Under the pieces are notes generated by a model that was not told where the DNA came from, ran no database searches, and saw nothing but the letters and a program-made list of their open reading frames with translations. The position numbers and the translations under genes were made by a program. This document shows positions 37,666-50,600 of a stretch of DNA of 64,000 nt, one piece after another. Location of the stretch: NCBI GenBank assembly GCA_028534125.1, contig CM052818.1, positions 17,424,001 to 17,488,000 on the forward strand, given 5' to 3'. This DNA is from Lama glama. Its lineage: Eukaryota. Each line of letters opens with the position of its first letter. Within the stretch, counting starts at the first letter, position 1.

Positions 37666-40059
37666 AATCTTCTCTTCCTTTCCTTTAGTAGATATTCTCA
37701 TGCATTTATGTCATATGCATGTAAAAAGAAAAAGAAAAGAAATTTGTTTAAGCTGCTCAGTTCTTTGAGTACCTTAGAGCTCTCTTCATTGTTAAAGGAT
37801 AATTTTTTTTAATAAATTATTTTAATTATAGATACTAAATACTCCTTAAAAAAATTTGGAAAATATGCGAGAGTGAAATTAAGCCCCTAATGAGTTGACA
37901 CACAAACACCAAATAACATAAATAATGCCATTTTGAACATCTGTAAGTAGAAAACATTGTTCTATTTAAGATAATTGGTATAGGATATGTTCTTCCATAG
38001 GATTACAATGATTGGATCAATGGTTATCAGTATTTATAAGACTTTTAAAAGGGAGTCATACATATTTACAGGAACTCCAGCAAGATGCGGGGGTCTGCTT
38101 CCAGGGCTCTCACCAGAGTTGGCTATTATTATTAAGAATAAAAATGGAACTTCGATAACAATTGCTTGAAAATGAAAATAATGAAACTGTTTATTACCCA
38201 CAAATAATGGGATACAGTGCTTAATTTTAGAATCCTTGTGTGAAAAGAGCAACATGATCATTTGTAGGCAGTGCAGGGAAGGGGAAGGAGCAGCACTAGG
38301 CAGTTTGGGTCTGCCTGGATGTCTGCCTCGAGGTGAAGCGCTCCCAAGCAGCAGCTGCTCTTTATTTTTCATTCTCCGTGTTCTTTTCTTCCTTAAGAGC
38401 TCTTGTGGAAACTGTGAAGAGTGCTCCAATATGCAGCAATGTATAAAACCATTTAAACATGTAATTTATTTATAATTTGAGGACTGCTGTTATTGGGGTT
38501 ATAGATTGGTATGAGTTACAATGACGTACTCTGTAATAAGCTTCACTGAACTTATAAAAGCTCGTGTTCTCCTGATTAATACTTCTGTGCATGTTACCAC
38601 AGAGTCAATATCACTGTCAGAAAATAGCAGCTAACCCTAAAGGAGGAAAGGGGAAGAAATGAGCTCCCAAGTTGAGTGAGTCTGATTTGTTCGCTTGCAT
38701 ATGATATTCATAAAATCATCCCTCATTTTTGATGGAAAACTCATCTCGAGGCATAAGGACAAAAGAAAAACAGGTAGTTAAAATTAATGAAACAAAGGCA
38801 GTAATTATGTACACAGTTGATCAACAAATCACTTCAGGTGGTCCCAGAATTTATTTATCTTGTTTCTCTGTGGCTCATAAGCTTATGTGACTAGACAGGT
38901 GAGGAACATTTGCCTACTCACATCTACCGCCTTCTCCCTGGGAGATGTGATGGAATAGAGAACAGTTCCAACTTTTTGTGAAGAGAGGAGCTTGGTATTA
39001 TTGAAGTATTTTATGAGGTGCTTCCTATTAATCACTAAAGCCACTGTTCTCCCGTTGTCATCCTGAGTGACTTTTCTGGCTACACTAACAATGAGGTTGG
39101 TTCCTTTGAAGAGAAACCTGAGAATACAGTTTTCAGTATTTTCTTTGTTTTCATTATGAATATAAAATGTTCTCCAGTAGCCTTCCTTCTTTCTCACTAC
39201 AGAGAGCACATTCTCTGAAATGAAGACGGGAGATTATACCTATCTATATACAGCTTCCTCCTTGGATCTTCCATAATCCCAAGAACTACTGTCTGACTCC
39301 AAATATCAATGTGACGTTTGTCTTCTGCAGCTATACGCTAACATGCTTCTTAAAGCTAATTTCATGGAGGGCCTCCCATGTAAATCATGGCCAAATCTTG
39401 TAATGATAATTTATGGCATTTTTTTTATATCAGAGGTATAGTGAGATGCTTTACCTCTATAGAAACCTCCAGATGGCTTTCTTACCTTTTGTTCCACTTC
39501 TAGTCAGTGAACCAGCAGAAGGGTTTACTGTTGCCATTGGCTGTTGATAATCCAAATTCCACAGTGGCCTTGTAACACATTCCCCTCAATCTCTAGTGTT
39601 ACAAGTTCCCCAAAGAGAGTGAAGTATTCTTTCCAACGTTGTATAACTTCTGTTTTGTGGGCAACATGTCTCAAATTAGATGTAACATTGTCGAACAAAA
39701 GTAGCATGGAATCACTGGCAAGAATTAACGTTTAATGAAGATGGCGTTTGTCATGAACGGTCCTCCCTGCAGCCTCTGAGACACCACAGGAGAATTCTAA
39801 GCCTGCCCACATTTAAAGTTATCTTAGGCAGAACATGGGATAGGCCAGCTTGAGCAGGCCGTGTTGAAGAGATTTTCTCGTCCAGTGCCATCCAGCCAGT
39901 CTGTTCCTGGCATCACCCAGGATACGCCGGCCAGCTTGTTCTTAGAACTGAAGCTCCTATAGTTGGTATTAAAATGTCACTTAGCTCACTTAATTTTTCT
40001 CAGAACTTTAAATCTAGAACGTTCCTTCCATTCCATTCATCTGCAATACATTAAGAGTT

Positions 40060-40230
40060 AGAGATTATTTAAACTGAAGGGACCATATGCATCTTCTAGT
40101 CAACCCCGCAATTGTGCATAGGTTAGAAATTGAGGCTTGGAAAGATTATGAGACTTTTCTAAAATCCAAGGTAGGCCCAGAACTCGAATCAATGAAGTCT
40201 TTCTCTTGGACTTCTTCGCTCCATGCTGCC
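40060..40230 (-). mobile_element. MIR3-like SINE
   Basis: ctgaagggacc...atcttctagtcaacccc...agaaattgaggcttggaaagattatgagactt...ccagaactcgaatc. Confidence 0.65.
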
Positions 40231-40434
40231 TCATTTCCTTTCTTTCTTTTTTCCCACAGGCATTTATTTAATACTGGGGTGTGTGTGTGTATGAGAGACA
40301 GAGACAGAGCCATAATGAGAGAGAGAGAGAGAGAGATTTCTTAAGTTTAAGGTCACATTTCCAGGCCATTATATGCCATCCTTACAGGGTATCTGTGTAA
40401 CAAAATTATGTGTTTAGTGAAGTTTTAGTCTAGA

Positions 40435-40648
40435 CAGGGGTTTTCGATTGGAGACGATTTTGCCCCCAGGGGATATTTGGCAATGTCCAGACATATTTCT
40501 GGTTGTCACAGCTGGGATGGGGGATGTTACTGGCACATAAAGCAAGGGGCCAGGCATGCTGCTTAACAACCTAAAATTCACGGGACAGCCCCACCACAGA
40601 GAATTATCTGGATCAAAATGTCAGTAGTGAAGAGGTTGAGAAACCCTC
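40435..40648 (+). mobile_element. MER20 (hAT-Charlie MITE), full length
   Basis: cgattttgcccccaggggatatttggcaatgtccagac...ggttgtcacagctggg...gaattatctggatcaaaatgtcagtagtgaagaggttgagaaaccct. Inserted after a tctaga-type target. Confidence 0.95.
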
Positions 40649-40896
40649 ATCCAAAACATTAAGCTGTTGGGAATCTTTCTCATTTGCCTAATAGGTGGTG
40701 TACTTGTACTTTAAAAAATTTTCTAGACCAAAGAAGCATTTGGTCTGTAAATCTGGTCCAAAGCCAAAACATGAGTGTCACCACAATGCATTTGGCACAA
40801 AAAGACTTCTCAAAGTTTTTGTTTGTTTTAACAGCTTGTGAGGTGGAAGAAGAAGACCTTTTTATCTTTTGTCCATGGCCTAAGGAGGTCAGTGAT

Positions 40897-41304
40897 TGTC
40901 TTAGCTCTGGCTGCTGTAACAAAATGCCACAGACTTGGTGGCTGAAACAAAGGATGTTTTCTCACAGTTCTTGAAGCTGGAAGTTCAGGTTCAAGGTGTT
41001 AGCATGATCAGTTTCTGGTGAGATCTCTCTTCCTTACTTATAGGTGACCACCTTCTCACTCATTCCTCACATGGCAGGCAAAGAGAGACAGACAGACAGA
41101 CAGAGACTGGCACAGACAGAGTTCACATGAGTATGCAAGCTCTCTGGTTTTTTCTTATAAGGACACCAATCCCATCATGAAGGCCCCAACCTCATGACCT
41201 CATCTAAACCTAATTATCACCTGATAGCCCTGTCTCCAAATGCTATCCTATTGGAGGTTAAGGCCTCAACATACGAATTTGGGGTGAGTGATCAGTCCAT
41301 AGCA
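40897..41304 (-). mobile_element. MaLR solo LTR (MLT1A/A0-like)
   Basis: tgtcttag..ggctgctgtaacaaaatgccacagacttggtggctgaaacaa...tcttataaggacaccaatcccatcatga..ctcatgacctcatctaaacctaatta...cagtccatagca, with TG...CA termini. Confidence 0.93.
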
Positions 41305-42449
41305 TTCATACCAATAACAATATACAGCTTTGCCCTTCTCAGTGAACAGCAGGAGAGACTCAGCTCTAAGCACCTAGTACAATACTTAGTGAACCAGGGA
41401 TTCTGTAAATGCCTGTTGACTGCCTCCCTGCCTGAGAGCATTCATGAGCTGCTTCTTCCCTAAAAGACATAAGGGTGTCCTCTCTTCTGGAAGAAAAAAA
41501 ATGTGCAGAATTGTCTGAAGCCCATAATTTGAGAAGAAAGTCAGAGGTAAAGTGGCGGGAAGCTGAGAAAGGGCACCTTGTCAATGGAAAGATTTGTGTG
41601 TTTACTGACTTTAGGGGTTTTTTTCCTCTCTCTCAGTACTCAGTGTAAATTGAGTTGAGTGCTAAATGATCTTATTCTCAAATATATAAAATTAAGCCAT
41701 TTTTCTTTGTTATAATTGAAGGCATATACATGTTTATGTATATGTATTTTTGGCATAGGAGTTTATCCACATTTATTCTGTCTTTTATAATGACAAAAAC
41801 AAATTAAAACTGGCAAACTCTTAACACTTGTTTATTTGCATAATGCATCCTTCTTATGACCGTGAGTTTTATCAGAGGCATAGAGGAGAATTTCCATGGG
41901 GGGATAGTTTCCTGCTGTTAAACAGAGTCCACCTGTTATTTGCAAAGCCAGGAGCACTAGAGGTGTATGAACTCTCCCTTACTGTGGTGTGTAATTAGGC
42001 ACATCCAAAATTATCTCAGCCATGGGGGAAAACAGCAATTAAAAACAAAAGGAAAACATGTACTTTTTTCATGGATGAGGCTGAAAAATTGCAAGTCAGA
42101 TGGATACTTTTAAAGTAACCTGCTCATGCAATGTCCTATCCAGCCGCACATAATTAATTATTAACAGACTAGAGAGTCAAAGGGAATATGAAATCTCACA
42201 AGGAAAGGAAAACCAGATCCTCTTCACATGAATATAATCTCCCAGAACTGGTAGTTCTAAAGTGCTTCTCCGTACTACTGACCCTGTGGTGTGTGCAGAT
42301 TTAATGGTTGTTACCTATAATTTCTCCAGAATTACTGAGTCTGGAAGCACAGTGCTTTTGATTTGGGAGATCGTGGTGTCTTGTTTCAGGAGGGTTGATG
42401 GATGTTGGACAGCCTTGCTGTGGAACTGGATTTTTGGCCGTTGAGAAGC

Positions 42450-42700
42450 AGTGTAATAGAAAAGACGTGGGAGCAGGAGGCCCGCCCCTGGGTGTTAGCC
42501 CTGGGCTCTGCCGTTCTCTGTTACATGGCTCAGCAAGTCACTGATCTTTGAACTTCGGTTTCACGAACTATAATCCGAGGATAATAATCCACAGCCTACC
42601 TATGTCACAGGCTTGTTGGAAGTCCATGCTGAATAGTATATGTGAAAAAAAATAGTCAAATGATAGCATGTGATAGCTGCGCAAACTACAGAATTGTTAT
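42450..42700 (+). mobile_element. MIR SINE
   Basis: ctgggtgttagccctgggctctgcc...gcaagtcactgatctttgaacttcggttt...ataataatcc...tcacaggcttgttgg. Confidence 0.7.
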
Positions 42701-43224
42701 TTTCATGGGTATGGTTATGATTTTTTAAATGCTCATTATTTCGAAGACTACTAGGCTGGTTCTATTGTTCTTCTGGGTTTTTTAATCTTTGGGCATTTTT
42801 CTCTTCTAAGCTAAACTGGATAATCTCAACAGCAGATATTTGTCATGTGCTTAAAAGTACCAGAAGTTTTTTTCCCCCCTAGGAGTTTGACCTATGTTGA
42901 CTTATTTAGCCCTCCAGCAATACTATAAAGGAGATAATATTGTTCTCACCTGTTTTGTGGAGATATTAAGAAGATAATGAATGAAACACAGCTACTAAGT
43001 CTTAGAGTTAGGATCCAATGCCCCATCCTTGTTCTTAAGCAGTGTGCTATGCAGTGACAACATGACATGAATGTCATATGAATGTGACTAGTCTAGTGGT
43101 TGGTTGAATCGGGATTTAAAATATAGCCTGCCACGCACATCCTTCCTTGGTTTTTAATAGTAACTCTCAGTCATAATAGTAGTAGTAATGGTAATAATAT
43201 TAATTAATAATAATAATAATAAAC

Positions 43225-43430
43225 AAGCGGTTGAATAAGATGCAAATACTTTATATGGATCTTTTATCTTTTACAATAGATCCTGTGGTAATTACTCATT
43301 ATTATTGTTCTTATTTGAAATTGAGGAAACTGAGGCTCAAAGAGTTGAGATAATTAGCCCAGACTCACCTGGTATTTAATGGGTCTATGGCGACTGTCTA
43401 GTTCTGGACCTGTATTTCTAATCACTACCT
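43225..43430 (-). mobile_element. MIR SINE
   Basis: attattattgttcttatttgaaattgaggaaactgaggctcaaagagttgagataattagcccagactcacc is the MIR core in reverse. Confidence 0.8.
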
Positions 43431-45429
43431 TATGTTGTCTCTTTCTTTCCTTCTTTTCTTTATTTCCTAACACCTTGTCACATCCCTTCTACTTGTATAA
43501 TACCGGACAGGTTCTCTGAGGCAATGAAGCCATATTCTAATCATAATGGCCAATTTAGGGCAAAGCTCTATCTTATGTGTGAATTGTTGATATAAATCAG
43601 TTGTGGTTTTTGTTTACTCTCATGAGTGAGAGGATTGATATATTCTTCTGGGGAGGACTTGTGGTGGCATCCATCATCTGAAGAAAGACAGTCAGTGCAT
43701 ATGCACATTAATCTGACAGATGGTCAGACTTTAGAGCCCAGATCTTACTTCTGCATTGCCCATAATAAATAAACCGTATTGGAAGGTTTGAGTGTACAGA
43801 GGGAACACAGAGAATTGATTTAGAACTACTTGCTAGGTGACCTTATTTTACATTAATTTAATATATCGACCAAATTTTAAAAGTCATGCCCTTCATAAAA
43901 TGGCCTAAGGATGTGTATATGAAAATTAAAATATTAATGCAAAGACATAAAACATAAAGCAGCAGCAGTATAAAACACACAGCAGGGAAATCCTTTGGGG
44001 TATGCTAACATAAAAATGGACTCGTTACGCGTGTAGGTATGCCCTACCTCCTAATGACTTTAAAATAATTTGCATGCCAAATGATTGTCACAAAAATACT
44101 CATTATGTCATTGGTTCAGGATTTTAAGCTGGGTCTTTGTGGGCTGAAGGTCATTGCCTTATTCTACGACCAGCTCTGGCTACTGAACTCAATCTGCAAC
44201 AGTCAGGTAAGGATCTTAGATGCTGTTCCGGTCTCGTTACTCTGCCAATTGACTGAAAAGCTAGACTTTCCTCATTCCAGCAAACATTACCATGGAGAAG
44301 GCCTAGTGTTTTTGAACTAGGAACAATGACAGTCAATTGAAATAAAATCTTTCCATTATCAGGCTGAGTGGAAGTTTCTGAGTAACCTTCCCATTGTGTG
44401 CATTTACTTGTTTATACTCTATCTTGTCTGAAATGGGGGTTTCAGATGTTTTCTTATGACTTGTTGCTGCTGAATTCTGGATTCAGAATCAGTATTCTTG
44501 TAGTGATAATCCAGGTAGCACATGTACATTCCCAAGAGTCTGTCTTGATTGGTTCTCTCATGGACTAGGAAACAAAATTCTACTGACAGGAAGATGACTG
44601 TAGGGTAGAGGGGAATTGTGGATTGCCATGTGTTTGTTTATGTAGACCCTATCTGCGAAGAAGTTAAGTCATTCCTTTTGAATCGAAGGCTAAAATGAAT
44701 GAGTTGTGGGGAAAGTCTGTTTTCTGAAAGCCAGATGTGAACAGATAACCCAATCCAGAATTACCAGTTTTAGTGACTATGTTTCTACTTTTGTTTTGTT
44801 TTGTTTCCTTTTTTTTGGAGGTTAATTAGTCCGGTTAGGGCAAAAGAGTAAATATCTCCATTCTAGAACCTGGTTTGTCTCTTTCACACTCTGACTTTAG
44901 GACTTTCATTCAGCCCCAGATTTCAAGAAGAAAATCCTGGTGGGGGAGTCCTTCAGGAACTTCTCTGTGCCTTTGTTGGGCTCATTCTTTTGTTTGCATG
45001 TAGCTTTCTTTGTCTTTTGCTTTTATTTTCTAATAAAGTTCAGTGCTAAAAATACGCAGATTAGGAGAATAGTGAGAGTCCAAATATACTTGAATATTTT
45101 AAAATTAGGGAATTGTAATAATCCAATAGCACCAAAATATTATGAATAGTTATTCTTAATAAGTTTAAAATATTTCAGAAGACACTCTTCTAAAGGTCTT
45201 CCAAGCCTGTGGGGGCAGTCTTCACTTCTATTACTGAGGAAGAGATACTAAGTTATTTTCTGGTAGCTGCATAGATATTTGTATAAGAGTGGGTTGAGTA
45301 GAGAGAGCCATGACTATTCATCTGCTTTTAATAACTTCTTGTAAGCTCCTCTTCAGAACAACCTCGTGTACATTCAAGGGTTTATTCTCAGACAAGCAAA
45401 ATGGGTTTTCAGATGGTCAGTGGCCAGAA

Positions 45430-45650
45430 AGATAAATCTAGAGTTGGAAGAGGATATCACTTATTTATTTCCTGTTCCTCAGGCAGATGTGTCAGTAACC
45501 CTACCAGGATAATCTGCCAAGATAACCTACCAATTTAACAAGTAAATCCAAGAATGAAGATGCTATGACTATTTCTTTGACCATCCTTCTAAAATGGAAT
45601 TATCCCTTTAATGGGGACTCTAAATTATTGAATTTATCCTTCCTGGTGCC
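45430..45650 (-). mobile_element. Possible L3/CR1 3' end
   Basis: aatctagagttggaagaggata...cctcaggcaga...tccaagaatgaagatgctatgact resembles the L3 3' terminus in reverse. Confidence 0.4.
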
Positions 45651-46219
45651 AAGCAAGACTTGATTTAGCATTCCTTATCTTTTTTTTTTTTTCCCTGAGC
45701 TTGAAAAATTATCTTCTTGCTCTTAGTCAGTTTTTCAGAATCACCGTCAAACAGCTAATGAATGCTATCAAAGTAACCCAGTTGAGTGACAATTTAACCT
45801 CTCTATCCCATGATCTAAATCTTTTGCTGATCATTATATGTTTCCATGTATTTACAACACCTATGACAGTTTTTTTTCTTTTTTTTTTTACTGTGGGTTG
45901 TATCCCATTAGTGGGCTCTAAACATGTATTTAGCGGGTCATACTAGTTTCCTAAACAAACAAACAAATGAACAAGGTAGACTACAACAGATATAAGGTAA
46001 AACAGAAAATATGAGTACTTAGCTTACTTAGTAAGGTTAGTTACTTTTTCTTGAAACTTTTCATTCAAATTTAAAATCATTCATATCTATGTATGTTCAG
46101 TATATGTTTAGTATATGTAGGTATGATCTACATAAATGTAAGTATATGTATGTGTATCAACATACACATATAAATGTACTAGATTATCATGTAAAATGTA
46201 TTTCTTTCTATGGGTCACG

Positions 46220-46575
46220 TTAAAAACACTTGAGCTTCTTTATTGGAGGATAAGTCCAAGTACTTGGTATGATACTAAGACTATCGGGATCTGTTCCCGC
46301 TTCACCTCTCCAACATATCTCCCTAGTTCATGTCTTCTCTCTTGGCCGCATCCAACTGTCTGACACACAGTGTGAAGGATTCTTGTACCTCTTTGATGTT
46401 ACTTATGCTGTCCCCTCGGCCATGAATTTCATTCCCCTTCCTTCATTCACTTCATCCATGTGGTTTCTATGTAACATTTCTTGCTTAGCTCGGGTACAAA
46501 CCCTCCCAGGAAACTTCTCTGAATTTCCCATTCTCAGTGGAGCAATGTGTCCCTTTCTTGATTTCACGGGCCCCT
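46220..46575 (+). mobile_element. L2 fragment
   Basis: ggataagtccaagtacttggtatgata...cacctctccaacatatctc...ttatgctgtcccctcggccatgaa...ccctcccaggaaacttctctga. Confidence 0.7.
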
Positions 46576-46594
46576 TTTCACAGCAACTAAAATT

Positions 46595-46850
46595 TAGTAC
46601 AGTGATTAGGAGATTGGGCTCCTTTGAGCCAAATGGCTTGGGTTCTTTTCCTGAATCCTGACTCTTTTACTGCTATCTGTGTGACTTTCAGCAAGTTACT
46701 TAAGTTCTACTTGTGTGTCAGTTTCCTGATTTGTAAAATAAAAATAATAATAGTATCAATGCTGCAGAATGGTTAATTGAGTTAATGTATGGTAGGCACA
46801 CAGCCTGTGAACTTGCTCAACAATATAGACATAAAGTACTATTATATTAC
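46595..46850 (+). mobile_element. MIR SINE
   Basis: agtgattaggagattgggctcctttgagccaaatggcttgggtt...ctgtgtgactttcagcaagttacttaa...gtcagtttcctgatttgtaaaat. Confidence 0.85.
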
Positions 46851-48099
46851 AGCGATACGTTTTCTTATACCTCTAATGAACATTCTCCATGTGAAAATTC
46901 ATATTCTCTTTGAAGATGGCAAACAATATTTCTGTCTCCTTTTATCTGGATGCTTTAAAGTGGTGAACTTTTTATGTTGGGGTGAAAAGGAAACGGTACA
47001 ACATTCTTTCTAACCCATCGGCCACCAACGTGGTAAAGAAGTTGTGGAAAGAGACAAAAATCACCATCAGCTGCCTTGAATTCTAGGACAAGGGTCTTGG
47101 ATGGATCCAGATGCTGTAGAAGCATCTTCGGGGACTTGTCAACCACCCAATCCAGAGGCACTTTGTAAAATGTAGGATTGGCTTCCAACCTTCCAGTTTC
47201 TGTTATATATCAGTAAACCTTCCAGCAAATAATCTTTTGTAGGTCCCGGGGTCAGTAGATTCTGGCAACCATAAAAATGCTCCAATCAATGCATCATCAA
47301 TATATGTATGAGGGTGAAAACAAAGGACAATGTAAAAGGGAAAAAAAATCAAAGTTCCATTAATTCTTTTCCCTCCCTAATAAATGCACTTTCTTAATAG
47401 CATCCCTTACTCAAGTTCCTATTCTTATCTGTCGATCGAGGCAACCTTAAATGAACCCTGATTTATTTTTAAGACCAAACTGTGTTGCTGTCCAATTTTC
47501 AGCCAAGATAAAGTGTAAAGCTACCTTTAGTTGGGTGTATTCCCAGCCTGGGGGCTTTAATTCCCCACAAGTAGTGTAGAAAGTAAATAGTTGATTGCTA
47601 AATTTGCTACTGTGACAACTGACGTTGGTTTTAAAGCTATAATGATTAATTTTCCAGTTTTCAGGATTTGTGATACATGGTTTTAATGTTGCCCTTGTCC
47701 CTCTCAACCCATCGTGAGTGTCCCTGGGCCACTGCCTGCCATCACTAGACCATTTGTACATGGTCTCAAGGCAGAGACACATCCTTCTAATTAAAAGGGA
47801 GGTTCAGTTTGCCCTCAAATAAGCCATTGCCCCAACACAATCGGACAAATTGGAAAAAAAAAAACACCTTTGTTAAAAAGAAAACACTGATGTAAAATCA
47901 GTGTTCTGTGGTGTGTTCATTTCAGAGCAATTACTCATGAATTTTGGTATTTGAGAGATTTCTCGAATCCAGTCCTCCAGTGGAGAAGATAAACTGGACT
48001 CATCCTTGTCTTTCCCAAAGAGTGGATTTGGTGTGTAATCCTGGCCCTGACCCAGAGACAGGTGTGCTGAAACTAGACAATGAATAGATGTAAGCCACA

Positions 48100-48261
48100 T
48101 TTTGGCTATATATTAGCAGCCCCTGGAGAGTTGATAAAAACTTGTAGTGCCCAAACTGCACTCCAGACCAATTATCTCTTTGAAGGGAGTGAAATTCAGG
48201 CATCAAAATTTGTTAAAGGTCCCTAGTTAATTCCAGCATGCAGTCAAATTTGAGAACCATT
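48100..48261 (-). mobile_element. MER5A/B (hAT-Charlie MITE)
   Basis: cccctggagagttgataaaaa...cactccagaccaatta...caggcatc...atgcagtcaaatttgagaaccatt. Confidence 0.75.
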
Positions 48262-49217
48262 ATTTTAAGAAAACTTAATAGATAAGGGTTATAAATCCAA
48301 TGATTTATAAGATAGTTCTTTGGCAATACTTTCTTTTTTTTCTTTCTGAATTAGGGAGAAAGTGATGATCAGAAGATCATTTTTATTCCTTCCTAGGAAA
48401 AGGCATTTTCACTTCCCATTGGTTATTAATCTTGTGCTGGTTGCCAGTAGTACCAGATGTCAGTGCAGAAGTTGTATTTTTTAAATATTCTGATATCAAA
48501 ACACGTGTTATAAAATTAACAGGCATGGATAGTAACAGAACAGGATGAAATGTCCTTTACTTTTCGCCTTCGTGCTGAAAGAGGGGATTTCCTCCAAGGA
48601 AGGTAATTAAACCCCCAAGAGAATGTTCTCTGATCTTATTCCCTAGAGATGTACTAAAATAAAAGGGATGCTCTGTTACCGTTCATCATCAGTGGTCTCA
48701 CATTCACTGAGTACCAATGACTAATGGCAAGCCTGCCTTCCCCATCAAGCTGTTCTAAACTTTGATGTGCCCTTTCTTTGAAGAGTTCTGGGACTTCACC
48801 CTGTGCCACAGAACCTAGCATTTCATCGTAAATAATCTGCCTGTGACCAGCCTGTGAGTAAACCTTGGCAATTAATGACCAAATTGTATTGATGTGGAGT
48901 GTCCATTCTTTTTGACTGTAGCTTTTACAAAACTCCACTGTACTGCCACCAGTAAGTGTTTTCTACTTCACCAGAGGTGCTTAAACATGTCCGCCAATTA
49001 ATTCTAACTGTAGTTAACCTCCAAAAAACAAAACAAAGCAAAACAATTTTTTCCCCCAGATTCCAACAATCCAAGAGTCCAAATTCTTAAGGAGAATTTT
49101 CAGCCCAGACCTCCCCTGAAATGTTTCCTGATATTATAAAACAGCTGCTTCAGGGACATTTAGTAAATGACTTTCGTTTATTAAATAGCATTTATTCAGT
49201 AAGTAGGTTGTAGCACT

Positions 49218-49588
49218 CGTGTTAGTTTTCTGTCGCTGCAACGTAATAGGTTACCACAGTGTCGCAGCCTGAAAACAGCACCCATTTTATTAGCTCGTTT
49301 TTTTGTAGGTCAGAAGTCTTGCTTCTTTGCTTAGGGTCTCACAACGCTAAAATTAAAGTGTAGGCTCTGACATGGGGATTCTTAGGGTGGAACTGCTTCC
49401 AAGCTCCTTCAGCATGTTATCAAAATTCAGTTCCTTGTGGCTGAAGGACTAAGGTCCATGTTTACTTACTTGTTGTCAGCAAGGGGTCATTCGGAGCCTT
49501 TGCAGTCCTTGTAATTGACACTCTCCATCTTCCAGCGGGCAGCATGCCCCACTCTCCTGACACTTTGTATCTTTCTGACTTCTCCTGC
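49218..49588 (-). mobile_element. MaLR LTR (MLT1E-like), truncated; 3' LTR of a deleted provirus
   Basis: gttagttttctgtcgctgc...ttaccacag..gcagcctgaaaacagcacccattt...gtaggtcagaagtc...aaaattcagttccttgtggctgaaggactaaggtcc. Confidence 0.85.
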
Positions 49589-49656
49589 CTGATCCCAAAG
49601 CCACTCTCACACTTTAGGTATTTATCGAGTAACACCCCACTTCTGGTACCAAAATC
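49589..49656 (-). mobile_element. MLT1-int 5' stub (start of internal region)
   Basis: Minus strand reads gattttggtaccagaagtggggtgttactcgataaatacctaaagtgtgagagtggctttggga, matching the recalled start of MLT1 internal consensus sequences. Confidence 0.8.
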
Positions 49657-50253
49657 TGTCTTCTCTTTCTGCATAATAGATCTCCACAAATTTAGCAGTT
49701 TAAAATGGCACCTCTTGATGATCTCACAGTTCTGTAGGTCAGAAGTCCAGGCTGGCTTACTTGGATTCTTTGTTCAGAGCTGCACAAGGCTGCACTCAAA
49801 CCATCAGCTGGGCTGGGCTGTCACTCAGAGGCTCTGGGGAAGAACCCTTTTCCAAATTCATTCAGCTGTTGGTAGAATACATTTCCTGATTCTGTTGTTC
49901 TGAAGTCCCTGTTTCCTTGTTGGTTGTCAACAGGGGGCTGCTCTTTCTTTCTAGGGGTCGTCCACATTCCTTCTTCTTACATGGCCCCGTCTGTTTCCAA
50001 AGCAGCAAACCTGTGTTGAGACCTTCTCATGCTTCACATCTTTCTTTTACTTTTGCTTTTACATCTTGAAAACATCCTTACTTTTAAAGGGCTCCTGTAG
50101 TTAGATTAGGCGCACTCTGCTCATCTTTTTTTACATATATATGTCATGGGTGTAATATATCATCATGTTCCCTGGTTCCACCCACACTCAAAGGGAATAA
50201 GATTGTATAAAGTAAAGGGTCGTTGCAGGTCATGCTTGGAATCTGTCACTGCC
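49657..50253 (-). mobile_element. MaLR LTR (MLT1E-like), near full length; 5' LTR
   Basis: ccacaaatttagcagtttaaaatggcacc...ctcacagttctgtaggtcagaagtccagg...cttttaaagggctcctgtagttagattagg...cccacactcaaaggga...ttggaatctgtcac. Confidence 0.88.
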
Positions 50254-50374
50254 GCACTTCTAGGGAATATGCCAGACATGAAGTTATGCAAGACTCTAGC
50301 TGACTGAAGAATTCATATAATATAGTAAGATGATCTGGGCAAAGTGAGAAGGTGATTGTAATGTGTGGATTAGG

Positions 50375-50600
50375 TAATAATAAGAGCGTTCACTTGGTGT
50401 AGTTTTTTGAGACCATTCCTAAAAGCATTGCCCAAGTTATCCTTCACAAAAGCCCGGTGACATGGAGCTCATTATTTTCATTTTACAGAGGAGGAGACTG
50501 AGGCTCAGAGACCTTAAGTGAATTGATAGAGGTCCAATGCTGTCAGAACTGAGGCTGGAACCCGGATATGTTTGATTTCAGGATGCTTGAACACTACCTG
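50375..50600 (-). mobile_element. MIR SINE
   Basis: cattattttcattttacagaggaggagactgaggctcagagaccttaagtgaatt...ctggaacccgg. Confidence 0.85.

Noticed and set aside
38883..39209. 108-aa minus-strand ORF
   Set aside because: No recognisable domain or flanking splice structure; length is compatible with chance.
46955..48938. Protein-looking minus-strand ORFs at 46955-47188, 47447-47782 and 48654-48938
   Set aside because: No recognisable family and no consistent exon boundaries. A BLASTX search would be needed to reconsider.
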